A stretch of DNA of 64,000 nucleotides, taken from the NCBI RefSeq assembly GCF_009914755.1, contig NC_060925.1; one strand, given 5' to 3'. A program made the position numbers and the translations under genes. The DNA comes from the human T2T-CHM13v2.0 reference genome, Homo sapiens. Position 1 is the stretch's first letter, and each line of letters begins with the position of its first letter. Positions 1-14,094 of the stretch are shown here, piece after piece. The notes below the pieces were generated by a model. That model did no database searches. It was not told the DNA's origin and saw only the letters and a list, made by a program, of their open reading frames with translations.

Positions 1-633
1 TGTAGCTCTATTTCTTATATTCAAAACAGTAGGGAAAAAAGCCACACAGGCATTTTCTTATGTTTTTAAAAATAAGCTAAAGTTGCAGTGAAATCAGTTT
101 TATTCCAGATCTGTTCTATCACCATGGCTAATTGTCTTAAATGTCTTTCCTGAGCGTATGAAAGAATTCTAAAGTCTTAATCATATAGGAAGGACGAATG
201 TACATAAAGTTGCGCCAACTTTAATATCATGACCAAGGAAGCCACTACTCCTTACATCAGAAAGGGAAGTTAAAACTTGTCTCATCTGAGAACAAGAAAC
301 AAAACACAACAAAATAAACTTGATTGAAAATTTGCTATTTGTCCTTTTGATTCCCACATTAGCTATAATTACATGCTGATTTAATAACTTTAAGTACATG
401 ACTAGAATGTTTCATATATAGCAAGCTCATTTAAGTAGGCTAATCAAGTTTGAGGGAGAAGAGCCTACTGCCACAAAACCAACAACAAAGATGCTTGAAC
501 GATGTGATATGATGAGGGGAATACTTCTGTTTGTTGAATCTTAAGTTTTAGATTTTTTTGGAAAAGAGAAGTCATTAAATGATGTAATAAAATACCAGTT
601 TTTCTTTTGCTTAAGTGGAAGAGAATTAGATTG

Positions 634-933
634 TATTTTATTATTATTTTTGAGATGGAGTCTTGCACTGTCGCTCAGGCTGGAGTGCAATGGCGCGAGC
701 TTGGCTCACTGCAACCTCCGCCTTCCAGGTCCAAGCGATTCTCTTGCCTCAGCCTCTTGAGTAGCTGAGACTACAGGCGCCGGCCACCACGCCCAGCTCA
801 TTTTTGTATTTTTAATGGAGACGGGGTTTTGCCATGTTGGTCAGGCTGGTCTTGAACTCCTGACCTCAGGTGATCTGTCTGCCTCAGCCTCCCAAAGTGT
901 TGGGATTACAGGCGTGAGCCACTGTGCCCGGCC
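634..933 (-). mobile_element. Alu (AluS-type)
   Basis: Full dimer; TSD agattgtattt. Confidence 0.93.
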
Positions 934-1350
934 AGATTGTATTTAAAAAAAAAATCTGTACTCTTAGATTTGTTAAGACTGAGAAAATTTCTATACCTGG
1001 TCCTGGGAATTGGCATGGAACTCTAAATGTAGATGAATAAACTGACTAAATTAGCTAAATCTGCTGTTAAGGTATAGCTGTATTTAAAGAAAACAAGTAG
1101 AAAAACTTCTTCCTTCTCTTTCCTGTTAATCAGAGGAAGCTGCAAACCATGATTTTCTAAGCCGTGAGCTATGGAAGCAATACCTCTCACAGCTACACTC
1201 ACCATTAGTCGGCTGCCAAATACTTATTTTTCACATTTGAACTTTATTTTTGAACAAAATAGGGCATGCAATTCCTTTGAAATGCAAATACTCCTAAAAT
1301 TTTTCTAAGTTTATCCATGAATGCACAGTGGCCCTTAAAAAGACGATCCC

Positions 1351-1696
<346 letters not shown>

Positions 1697-1743
1697 TCAC
1701 AAACTCTAGGTACATATATGGAAGGCAAATTCAGCAAATCATA

Positions 1744-1872
1744 GCCAGGCATGATGGTTTGTGTCTGTTATTTCAGCACTTTTGAGAGGCTGAGTCAGGA
1801 GGATATTTTGAGCCCAGCAGTTCAAGTCCAGTCTGGGCAACACAGTGAGACTCTCTCTAAAATACATAAAAA
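1744..1872 (+). mobile_element. FLAM-like Alu monomer
   Basis: Diverged left-monomer sequence. Confidence 0.75.
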
Positions 1873-1972
1873 ATCAGCAAATGTTTTAGGCAAAAAGAGT
1901 ACTACTTAAACATTCAGATTAATGGATATTAGGAGATGTAACACACCAAGAATTATTTAGGTATTCATTCTG

Positions 1973-1978
1973 TTTATT
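1973..1978 (-). terminator. distal poly(A) signal AATAAA
   Basis: tttatt on +; followed on - by GU-rich sequence (ttcttggtgtgtt) at the edge of the repeat-free block. Confidence 0.75.
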
Positions 1979-2767
1979 GGATTGAAAGAAAGGGAATACA
2001 AACGACTGGTTAAGTGCTGCGCACTGACATGGAAAAAGTGTCTTTAAAAAAAAATCCCAGTAAAGCAAATCAAAGTTAATGTAGTTTCAGTTGAACAAAA
2101 ATTTAAAGACGTTTAATACATTACACATTTATAAAATAAAAGTCAACAAAGGGTGTTTTGTAAATAATTAGTAAACAAGTGAAAATAAATATCAGAGACC
2201 TGAAGTTTTTATACTTTAATGAATAAAGCAAAGAAATTTAAACTAAGTAAATATAATCTGAGAGGCAGTTAAAAAAACAAAAATCAAAACCCACCAAAAT
2301 TGAAGAACACAATCTTTTGAAACATTTAATCAGTCCATAGCAAATAGTTATTACATACCAAAAGCTCTAAGTGTTAACTAGTTCCACCACAATGCCATGT
2401 AAATCTTGACAATTTAGAAATCTTGAGATCAACACTTAAGTTCTTTTCTTGATCTCTACAGCTTGGTTTGTAAGTACATACATGCTTTTGTGGATCTATT
2501 CCCCTCGCCACACACACACATTTTCAAGGAGCCAATAACATTTTTTTCCATCTGTGCCTAAAAATGTTACAATTCAGTTCTAGCACATTGACCCTGATAA
2601 TGAAAATGTTTAAGTTAAAGATGGGGACACAATTTCAATCTTATAAAAATATACCAGTATTAACCAAACCTTAAACTCAGAGGGCACTTCACATGTGCAC
2701 GAGACTTTCAGTAAAAATGACAAGATCCTAGAACAGCTGTTTCCAGGACTTTTTAATGAATCAAGTA

Positions 2768-2804
2768 CTCTCTCTCTCACACACACACAGAACACACACA
2801 CACA
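2768..2804 (+). repeat. (CT)n(CA)n microsatellite in the 3' UTR
   Basis: ctctctctctcacacacacacagaacacacacacaca. Confidence 0.9.
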
Positions 2805-4672
2805 TTTTTATACTATTGGTTTTGTTAAATCCAGGCTATCTGGATTAAGTAGATAGGGGATGGGTTTTTATAGTTTTTATTTTTGTAACTATAGGGCAGC
2901 TACTATAACAATAGCTTAACAACACTGAAAAATTTCAATTAAGTTCACCCTGTTTTTAGAAAGTGTCTAAGTGTAAATGCAAATTCACCTCTTCTTAAGT
3001 TAGCAGTTTATATTAAATCAGATATGGTTTCTGAAATGGAAGTAATGTGTTGGAGGGCAACCCAAAAGGACAGTTGCGAAATTATGAATGAGAAATTAAA
3101 GTAAAACCAAATCAAAATATTTATACATTTTAGAGATGGGACAAAAAGGATATTAAGAAAAATGTCTTCTTTCCTCCCCATTCAAAAGCAGCCATTCTTC
3201 TACTGTGAAAGAAACTGACATGGATATTTTCCCTTTCAAGAGATGTATGATATATTTACCCACTGTGAGGCAGAGGTGATAGGGTCAGTTCTTGTTTGCA
3301 GGAACCAACATCCTAAAAAAGAAAATGTCAAGATGGGGAGGGGTGGGAAAGAAGGGTTTTCTATTAATGTCATGGAATATGCCACTGTAGAGGCAGAACA
3401 CTCCTAATAATAACATTCACCAGATTACTACTGCTGTTTTTTTCAGACTAAGAAAATACTGACAAAATTGGATTTTTTTCTCCTTTCAATTGCAGGATAT
3501 TCTGATTATTTAAAGTTAGGGAATCCCTTTTTTATCCCCCCACCCAATAAAATGGGCCAATTTGTAGGGATATATGCAAATAAAATGTTCTCTGTTTAAA
3601 ATACTTACCTGGTTTAATATAACACATTTATCTGGCCAATAAGAGCAACAGAAATGTAGCTGTTATGAAGACTAAAAAAATACAAAAACCAAAGCTGAAG
3701 CTTTGTCATCCCTCCCCACTAACTCCCACTCCAATTCTTTACTACCCACATACTAATCTCAGTAATCCCCAAGTCCAACATTTTACCATTAATAACCAAT
3801 TATTTGGAGGAAAAAGACATTTAATTTTATATTTGCTCTAGCCCTTAATCAATGCATAACAACAAAAACATTTTTAAGCACATGGAAATGAGCCTACTAA
3901 CCTGATTTTTGGAGCCCAAATTCTCCACTCTATTTTGATCTATGTGCAAAAAGTATTGGTACTTTTCAATTTATACATTTGTTAGTATCTTGTGGCTGGC
4001 TTCATAGTATAAGACTCACTCTTAAGCCTACTATAGAGCCTACAGCACTATCAGAAGTTTTCAATTAATAGCTATGGATGAGAAAATCCTGCGATCAGTT
4101 TCTCATACCATAAAATCCTAGGCTTCTTTACCATTGATTTCACCTTTCGAGCACAGTCACTGCATGGCAAATGTATGAAACAGACGTTTACAGCAAATAA
4201 GTACCAGTATGTACAGGAAGCTGCCAGTTAAGACAGACCCGGAAAACAAACTCACCTAGCTGCTATAGAAACCTTTGCATAGTTGTTACTCCGTTTTAAT
4301 AGGAGTTATGTTCTTGTAAAATGTGCCTCACTTTTACTCCACTTTTTAAAAAGTGTTTTTAAACTGTACTTCAGAAGCACTCTGAAAACTCAGATCTAGG
4401 GGTGGTTAGGTGAAGTAGAGTAGAATCTGAGTGCCAAATTGCCCCTGAATGGGCACAAATCTGAGTGTTACAAATGCACCATAGCACACTGTAACCAAAT
4501 TTGTAAACAGCTGTGGAGTTTCTATGCCCACATTTAGTGATGTTACCATAGAGACTGGGGTGTATTAACGGCTTCAGGGTATACATGAATCACTTAAAAT
4601 ATGAATGGTTTTTAACTATACTGAGGTAAAGAGAAGTTGCCACTTAATTACATACAGTTACCAATGAAGATT

Positions 4673-4678
4673 TTTATT
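4673..4678 (-). terminator. candidate proximal poly(A) signal AATAAA
   Basis: tttatt on +; downstream tgtatgtaatt on -. Confidence 0.45.
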
Positions 4679-6645
4679 CAAGCTTAAAGTAAAAAGTAAT
4701 TTTAGTTAAGAAAAATGAAGTACCAGATAAACTGTAACATATATTTTAACTTAGAAGTATCAAAACAGGAATTTTTTGATTCTCTAAGTGGTGGTCTCTG
4801 CAAAATGGAGCTTGAAGAAATCTTTTACATACCAATTTGATAAGAGTCTGCTGACCACGATCTGTCATTTTCTTTACTATGGGCTTCTGGGAGAATGCAT
4901 GCTATTTTAAGGCCAAATGTGTTTTTCTTTCTTCTCCCCTTTCCCTGACTTTTCCCTTTCTCCCATCCCCGACCACCTACCCCACAATGGAAGAATTTTT
5001 GACATCCAAGCCCTCTTCTCTTTGTGGATTCTGGAGTCTATTCATGATCATAATTATATTATAGACTTGGCTACACCTAAAGGGGAACTTAGTACAAGAC
5101 TTTTTCTTCACCAGAATCTTATTTTGGGGGTATCCCCATTCTCATTCCAACAGCTGGAGTCACCCTATTTATCCTCTACTGAAAAAGGGAGGGAATTTCA
5201 AGGGAGACTATGTTATGTTGTATTCAGCTGTTACGGAGTTTAAAAGCACAATGTGAACATCAGGCTTTTGGCTTATTTTAAATGTGAAATTCTCAAAATT
5301 AAAAGTGCTTTTCCATGAAGGAAACCTTTCCTTAAACTAAAACAGGAGGGGAGAGGGAAAGACTATCCACAGCACCAGTTTAGAATGAGGTTCAGTATGG
5401 CAATATCTGAAAAAACTGAGAAAAAATATTCTTTAAATTTATGTATCCCTATATGTCAAAATATTAAGGGCAATTAAGAAAAATGACTATGAGGTTTTAA
5501 TCCCAGTTTAAGTATGTCTGTAACCTGCTGAATTCTTCTAATAATTTCAATTATACTATAAACTTCCAAAGTGGTTGTATCGCTGATTCCTACTCTTTTG
5601 CTAGATCACACCAAAATTACTTCCTAAGTTGAGAACAACTTGGAACAAGCTTTACTGAAAACCAACTGACTACTGATGTCTCATGTTGGTGTATTTAAAA
5701 TTCTTTTTGAATCTTGAATTTCTTCAAGATCGGGTACTGATGTTCCTTCAGGAATAAAACAAAAGGGGGGAAATCTTCAAAGCATTACTCTGAATTTCTT
5801 GTGTAATGTCCTTCCAAGCACTGTTTCTGACCATGTCTCATGTGGTATTCCAGAAGAGCATCAGTTATACTGTGTATCTAAGTCATTGAGGAAACTGTTT
5901 TTAAGCTGGTTTAGATTCCAAATGTATACAAATGAAGTCACTTTAATCCTATAAATACTTCTTAATTTATTTTTAAAAAATTGTGCTGTTAACCCTTTTA
6001 CGGGGCAACAAGCTATGTGAAAAGTACAAAACTTTTTGTCAAATGTAATATTGAGAGTGCTTTTGACATAGTTCACTGGTTTATCATCTGGATCAGTATA
6101 TACTGCGCAACGGGCAAGGCTAGAATCCATGAACCAAGCTGCAAAGATCTCAAGCTAAATAAGGCGGAAAGATTTGGAGAAACAAAAGAAGGAAATTCTT
6201 TCCTATCCAATGTATACTCTTCAGACTAATGCACTCTTTCTATCAAGCCTTCTAAACTGTTAAATAAAGTTTTCCAAACAAGCATTTAAACTTCATTACA
6301 CAGAAGAGCAACAAGAATGGTATCCTGCCAGACAAAAGACAGGAAGGAAAAAAATATATATACTGAGTTCAATGGGTAAGCCTGAATGTAGCACAGTTCT
6401 TCACAACCGATGGGGGAATAATTCAACATGGTGTCCAACAACGTTCTAACGACGTGCTTCATCTCAACTGGTTACTATGAAGCAAGGTGTAAATGTTTGG
6501 CCCCAATCGGGCTTCAGAAATGGTTCTTTTTTCATGACGAGCATGTCTGTCCAGCTATCAATCATGTTTGTTTGCACCAAATCCCAAGCCATTAAAATAC
6601 GACTAATTTTAAGTTAAACAGAAGTCGTCTGCTCCAAATTCACCA

Positions 6646-6671
6646 TCAACTATCCATGCTACTGCATTCCT
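6646..6671 (-). CDS. WDR26: WDR26 exon 14 coding part with stop codon
   Basis: ttcattcag|AG GAA TGC AGT AGC ATG GAT AGT TGA; brings the CDS total to 1986 nt. Confidence 0.95.
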
Positions 6672-6943
6672 CTGAATGAAGACAAGATGAAATGTATGGG
6701 GGGCGGGCGGGGGAGGGAAGAGGGGAAGGAGAGAAAAAAATTACCAGTTAGAAAGTTTCAAAATTAGCATTATGACATTACAAAATTATACTAACATTAA
6801 AAAATCAAAGCAAATTCTTGAAACTTTCATCATACTCATTAAAACAATGTCTGTATCATGTCTTAGACCATATATTATGATCTAAATTCATGATTTTGAA
6901 TACTGAAGAAACCCAAGTGAATAATCATGTTAGAATCTCATGC

Positions 6944-7231
6944 TTTTATTTTTTTGAGACAGGATCCCACTCTGCTGCTCAGGCTGGTGATGTAATTTGG
7001 GCTCACTGCAACCTCTGCCTCCTTGGCTCAAGTGATCCTTCCACCTCTGCTTCCTGAGTAGCCAGGACTACAGGCACATGCCACCATGCCTGGCTACTTT
7101 TTGTATTTTTTGTAGAGACAGGGTTTCGCCATGTTGCCCAGGCTGGTCTTGAACTCCTGAGCTCAAGCAATCTGCCTGCCTTGGCCTCCCAAAATGTTGG
7201 GATTATAAGGCACTGGCCACCGTGCCTAGCC
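6944..7231 (-). mobile_element. Alu (AluJ-type)
   Basis: Dimer with J-type ctcaagcaatc motif; TSD-like agaatctcat. Confidence 0.9.
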
Positions 7232-7429
7232 TCAGAATCTCATACTTTTAAAATTAACCTTGAGATAGTTAGCAGAATAGATAAATTTTTATGATAGCTA
7301 CAATAGTAAAGAGGAAAGAAAGATCTGGCAGTCTAAGGTAGAATAACGTGTTATAACTATGGAGTTGTTAATTTTCCTTTTGGTTGCTCTGTTTGAAATT
7401 CTACAGTATCATCCTACTCCATTTTTTTG

Positions 7430-7880
7430 GGGAGGTGTATAACAGCTTTGAGATATAATTCATATTCTATACAAAGCAACCATTTAAAGTGTACATTTTG
7501 AACCCGGGAGGCGGAGGTTGCAGTGAGCCGAGATTGCACCACTGCACTTCAGCCTGGGCGACAGAGTGAGACTCCATCTCAAAACAGAAACAAACACAAA
7601 AACAAAAAAAACAAAAGTGTAAAATCAATGGTTTTTAGTGTACCCACAGAATTATGCAATCATTAACAATCAATTTTAGAACATTTTCAACATTCATTAG
7701 CAGTCAAACACTTCCCCAAGCCCTAAGTAATCACTATATCTATGTTGTCTATAGATCTGTCTAGACTATTTCATATAAATGGAATCATAATATGTGGTCT
7801 TGTGTCCTGCTTCTTTCACTTAGCATATTGTTTTCAAGGTCCATTCATACTGTAGCATGCATCGGTACTTCCTTCTATTC
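7430..7880 (-). mobile_element. old L1 (L1M) 3' fragment, interrupted by a truncated Alu
   Basis: gagatataattca...ggaatcata...tttcacttagcat...ggtccattcat L1M 3' UTR-like motifs. Confidence 0.7.
7498..7615 (+). mobile_element. 5'-truncated Alu (3' part of right arm)
   Basis: gaacccgggaggcggagg...gagactccatctc plus A tail; aaagtgta on both sides. Confidence 0.9.
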
Positions 7881-7909
7881 CATTTTATGCATCCTTAAAA
7901 AAAAAAATA

Positions 7910-8204
7910 TCATGCCTGTAATCCCAGTACTTTGGGAGGCCAAGACAGGCCGACTTCACCTGAAGTCGGGAGTTCAAGACCAGCCTGACCAACATGGAAA
8001 AACCCCATCTTTACTAAAAATACAAAATTAGCCGGGCGTGGTGATGCATGCCTGTAATCCCAGCTACTCAGGAGGCTGAGGCAGAATTGCTTGAACCCAG
8101 GAGGCGGAGGTTGTGGTGAGCCGAGATTGCGCCATTGCACTCCAGCCTGGGCAACAGGAGCAAAACTCTGTCTCAAAAAAAAAAAAAAAAAAAACAAAAA
8201 AAAA
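7910..8204 (+). mobile_element. Alu (AluSq/Sp-like, slightly 5'-truncated)
   Basis: Dimer with long A tail. Confidence 0.92.
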
Positions 8205-8331
8205 CCTTAATTCTACTGTTAAAATTTTATTTTATTTACAGTCCATAATTCTACTGTTAAAATTTTTCCCTTTTGAAATGGAGTTGAGTGTATTTTTATT
8301 TAAATGACTTATAGTATTTTACTGTGCTACA

Positions 8332-8501
8332 TTTTTCCTTTTTTGTTTCCTTCAGAGACAGGGTCTCATTCTGTCACCTAGGCTGGAGTGCAGTGGCATG
8401 ATCATAGCTCACTGAAGCCTCAAACTCCTGGACTCAAGGGATCCTCCTGCCTCAGCCTTCCAAGTAGCTAGGATTACAGGCGCAAGCCATCATGCCTGGC
8501 T
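8332..8501 (-). mobile_element. AluJ right-arm fragment
   Basis: agagacagggtctc...gatcatagctcactg... Confidence 0.85.
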
Positions 8502-8889
8502 GTATTTTGATTTTTTTTAATATTGATTTCTTTAGCCTCATCTATATTTTTCGTAAGTTCTATTCTAAATAGGTATTACTTTAATTAGAAAAAGTGTTTT
8601 GGGGGTGGAGGGGGAATACTCCAGAAAATAACTTGTGAAAAGGACATTATAGCCAAACATCTGGTTATACAAGTACTGTTTTTTCTATTTCAGGTGAAAA
8701 TGAAAATCATTTTAGGGCTATACCCATGTTGCCAAAGCACAATGGAGAGTTGCTGAACTGGACCCAGATCCTACAAATTAGCCAAAATTTGGCTCACTCA
8801 CCAAAGTGAGGATCTACATTAGTCAGATTCACCAAATAGCAGCACACTCTTATTCCATTGCTATGGAGGCATAAAATATATCCTCTTCT

Positions 8890-9187
8890 GGCTGGTCGCG
8901 GTGGCTCATGCCTGTAATCCCAGCACTTTGGGAGGCCGAGGCGGGTGGATCACGAGGTCAGGAGATCGAGACCATCCTGGCTAACACAGTGAAACCCCGT
9001 CTCTACTAAAAATACAAAAAATTAGCTGGGCGTGGTGGTGGGTGCCTGTAGTCCCAGCTACTCGGGAGGCTGAGGCAGGAGAATGGCGTGAACCCAGGAG
9101 GCGGAGCTTGCAGTGAGCCGAGATCGCACCACTGTACACTGGGAGAGAGCATGAGACTCCGTCTCAAAAAAAAAAAAGAAAAGAAAA
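8890..9187 (+). mobile_element. AluY
   Basis: gagatcgagaccatcctggctaac and gaatggcgtgaacc diagnostics; TSD aaaayatatcctcttct. Confidence 0.93.
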
Positions 9188-9959
9188 CATATCCTCTTCT
9201 GGAGTAAATCTGTTACTACATACCTAGTATTTTCCTACTTCTTTAAACCAAGTATGTTTATTTGAAGAAATAACTCCCAAATGACTAATAAAATGAGAAA
9301 AGCACAGATTGAATCACAGTTGCAGATCTATAAAGACTTTGGGTTTGTAGGCCTTTGGTTGAAACCCAAACAGGACAACACAAGAAGGTAAAGATTTCTG
9401 GTCTTAGTTGATTTCCTAGAGGAATGTTAGAATGTCAGGTAGTGATCTATAAATACAAAAATACCCTTCAAGGTTCTGGGCAAATGGACAGTAGTTCTCA
9501 AACTTTTTGACTCGTGTGCTCTTCGTGTTTTGTATTCTCATCTCTGATTGCATATCCTTACCCGCCAGTAAGATGTGGCCAAGCCTTCTACAGTCTGTAC
9601 CACAAAGATAAAAGTGTAGGGAATATACTTTTTCAAACCATACATGCTACTCCGATAACCCTCCTCCACAGAGAATCACTTAACTGAGAGCAATTAGTCA
9701 TCTTTCTCACTAAAAAAAAAAAAAAAATTTAGGTGGGACATGCTTAACAAAAAATCTGTTTATATATAAACTGCTTCCTTCTAAGCAAACCAAACATTTT
9801 ACGTGCTCTATTTAAGAGAGTCATTTACATGAAGTTTCTCATTATCTCTTTGCTGTAGTACTGATATATCATGTTCAATTAAGTTTTTGGCTTTAACTGT
9901 TAGCCTTATATTTTGGCCTTTCTTCATCCCCAAGTATCTCAAAGTGGTGGAAAAAACCT

Positions 9960-10140
9960 TTCAGACTTAGACTTGAAGACCTGATGGCACTCAACAAGTG
10001 AATTAGTTTTGCCATGCTGCAGTTTCCTTACCTCTAAAAATAAAGATAAAAATACTTCCCTTATAGGACTATGAAGACTTTATGCAAGACAGTATATGTA
10101 AAGGGATTAGCATGCTGCTTGGCACACAGGTACATGATCA
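9960..10140 (+). mobile_element. MIR
   Basis: cagtttcctt...ctaaaaataaagataaaaatac core. Confidence 0.55.
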
Positions 10141-10623
10141 ATTTTAGTTCTCTCTTCTCTTTCCCTATCCATTAAACACAACTCATGTTAGTATGATGCA
10201 TGGTGCAAACAGACGTTTACTTTTTTTTAAAGAGTAAAATCTATAATCAAGATATTTAATATCTAAAGTTGTTAATATTTTGTATGGTTAGTTTCATGTG
10301 TATAAAATTCTTCCTACAATATTACGTTTAGGTAGCATGACGAAGCAAGATTTTCAGTAACATTTTTAAAGTGAAACTACTAAATAGCTAACTGGATGTC
10401 AATGAGGTATCATATTCCAGCTTATTCTTTTCACTGTGCCCCCCAAAACAACCACTACATTATTGGCTCTTACACTACTTAAACTCATTCTGTGGCCTGA
10501 GATAGGGTACAATATGTAAAAGAGAGAAATCATATACCACACTTTAAATAAACTTGCTTAAAACTGCTTTAAGTTCATAATAAGCCGAGTGATGTTTCAT
10601 TTGGACAAAACATAGTAACATTA

Positions 10624-10839
<216 letters not shown>

Positions 10840-11199
10840 TCAGAAAAAAGTTTTACATTAATAAAACCAACTAACTGATCTTAAATTTATCATTCACTAC
10901 ACACAGGACTCTTTACTAGAACTTAAAGGGAAAATAAATATACCATGAATAGTTTAACATGTTACCTTATGAAAAAATGTTTAAATCAAATATACACTTT
11001 TTTCCTGTTAAAGGTGATCAGCTCTCATCAAGTCACACACAAAAAAACTATCTGCAATATTCTGTCAATACATGAGTAATGAAGAATTATAAATCAAGGC
11101 CTTTGAACATAAACAAATCCAGGATAGAGATAGTGATAAATTCTATGGAAATGGGAAGTGACAGAAAAGCAATGTATCCAAATTGAATACTGAAGCAAA

Positions 11200-11720
<521 letters not shown>

Positions 11721-11859
11721 TTACTAGTGAGAGTAGACAATGGTCCCTTATCTGCATCATGATATGGCTTTGTAGACTATAATCTCATGAAGTGACCACA
11801 ACAATCAAAATCCCCTACAGCTTTCTTTGTAATAAACGAATCTTCAAAAAACTAGCCAC

Positions 11860-12050
11860 ATAGTATAGAGAGTATTGGTTGAGAGTATGGGCTCTGGAAT
11901 CAGACTACTCAACATTGTATCCTTCCTCCAACACTGACTAGCTGAGCAACTTTGGGCAAATTACTCTTTACAACCCTTCACCTGTAAATGGGGATACTAA
12001 CCTCATATCATGTTGTTATAAGGATTAAATATATTTGTATGTGGAAAGGT
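11860..12050 (+). mobile_element. MIR
   Basis: gggctctggaatcagac...actagctg...ctttgggcaaattac...ctgtaaatgggata. Confidence 0.7.
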
Positions 12051-13485
12051 GTTTGGAATAAACACCATTTACTACTGTGACGAGATTAAGTACAGGTGAT
12101 GGTTCTTGAACAGAGGGCAGAATCCCAGGGCAAATTAGAAAGGTGTATAACTTAATGATATATCAGTTAAGTATGGCCAATGTGCAAACTGTCAGTGGGT
12201 GTACTGCCAGTTGAGGAAACCTTAGAGGATGTGCCTTAGCTTCAAAATTTCTGACATGAAGATAAAAAGCTGGAACTGTATCTGAACTTTTTGTGTGTGT
12301 ATGTGTGAAGCAAAAGCTAAAAGGCACCAATTTAAAAACTGAATTTATCTTCTTAGAAGTATCTGCTGCTCAATAATTTTTGAAAATAATTTTTTCTTAC
12401 ATGAAATGAAATTAGGAAAAAAAAAAAAAAAGTAAAGACAGGTTAGCTGTATTTCCTTCCTAAACTGAAGAGGTCCACAAGGAGAAGGATCACAGGGTTA
12501 AAGTGTGAATGCAATTGAATATTTCTCTATTTGGTGGAAAATGTTTTTGTGAATATATATTCAAGGAGCACATTTGGTGAAAGGCAGGAAAAACCGGGTT
12601 TGAAGTAATCAAGGTCAAAATGACAGGCTTTATCATCAAGCTCTGTTTGCTGTATCAATCTGAGAAATCTATTGTTTATGCAAAGGTAAAAAAGTCCAGT
12701 TTTTCTACATATTGCCAGCACAATGAAAAGGCTTGAGTAGTGGTATAACTTTTTTGGGAAACGGTTTTTAATTGCTCTATTTTATACTGGCACTTATATA
12801 TTTGGGGATTTGGAGGGTCATTGAAATATATTCCTTACAAATAAATGGCAAATGGATTACTGTGGTCATCCTGGGAGATAATATACTCGCTATATCTGAT
12901 TGATGTTCAAAACATTTTCAAAACCATTCTAAATCACTTGAGTCATGAGAAGACTAATCTCTGTACTTGACAGTGGTCTAATTTGTAGCCCTAAACCAGA
13001 AGATAATGTGGTTTAATTATAGTATTCATCGTCGTTTCTAAGTTAGTTTGGGCTTAAAAAAAAGTTTGGCTTTTCTAGGGATAATGGTAGCCATACATAA
13101 TTTTAAGTACCTCTAGGGTACACAGAAAGAGCTGTAAGGGATTCTCAGGCATAATTAAGAGAAAGAAAACCTACCAGAAGCAGGATTGAATAGACCATGG
13201 AAGAAGACATCTTATAAACAGGAGGAATTTAAAAGCAAGAAGGCTTAACATATTTAGACCACAGGAAAATTTAATTAGAAACTAATGTCTATTATCTCCC
13301 GCGATATATTAAAAACAGACAGACAAAACAAAACAAAAAGCCAATAGAGAATCTAGAAGTAGTGGAAAAAACTAAATTTCCTGACTGGAAAAAAGTAAAT
13401 TCCCAATTGCTACCTAACCACTCTTCTTTCCTCCCAATCTCATCTGACGCTGATTTTCGGTAGAAAGAAAGAATTGATGAATTCA

Positions 13486-13725
13486 GGCTGGGCGCGGTGG
13501 CTCATGCCTGTAATCCCAGCACTTCAGGAGGCTGAGGCAGGTAGACTGCTTGAGCTCAGGAATTCAAGACCAGCCTGGGTAACGCGGTGAAACCCCATCT
13601 CTACAAAAATTTGTTGGGGCTACTTGAGGGGCTGAGGAGGGAAGGACTGCTTGAGCCCAGGAGGTGGAGGTTGCATCAAGATCGTGCCATTGCACTCAAA
13701 AAAAGAAAAGAAAAGAAAAGAAAAG
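13486..13725 (+). mobile_element. AluJ with internal deletions
   Basis: Left arm intact, right arm shortened, A-rich tail. Confidence 0.85.
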
Positions 13726-13959
13726 GAATAGATGAATTTATATGCTTGATGTTAAAATCTAAATCTCTAAATGTCTCTCTTTGTCCCAATCCTTAAATAT
13801 GCCTTATTCTTAAAGGTAAACCTCATGTGCACTTTATGATCCTCTTATCTACCAAGATCAGTTTTTTGTCAAGATAGGGATAGTAAACATCTTATACAAT
13901 AAATGGAACATAACATAATCTAATTCCTTGGTCTATCTTATAAAACCAGATTCAGTATA

Positions 13960-14094
13960 TATTTTTTTACTTTTTGTAGAGACAGTGTCTAGCCATGTTG
14001 CCCAGGTTGGTCTGGAACTCGTGGCCTCAAGCAGTACTCCCATCTAGGCCTCCCAGAGTGTTGAGATTACAGGTGTAAGCCATCATGCCCGGCC
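13960..14094 (-). mobile_element. FLAM/AluJ left monomer
   Basis: ttttgtagagacag...cctcaagcag...catgcccggcc. Confidence 0.8.

Larger units (their letters stand above)
1950..6645 (-). other. WDR26: WDR26 3' UTR, long form (~4.7 kb)
   Basis: AU-rich stretch without recognisable interspersed repeats, running from the stop to AATAAA at 1973-1978; Alu-type repeats resume just beyond. Confidence 0.8.

Noticed and set aside
6640-6648. Stop-codon readthrough
   Set aside because: Context is TGA TGG TGA, not TGA CTAG, and a second stop follows immediately
8208-8266. 21-nt direct repeat taattctactgttaaaatttt with a 17-nt spacer
   Set aside because: Only two copies in AT-rich DNA beside an Alu tail; simple slippage, not a CRISPR-like array
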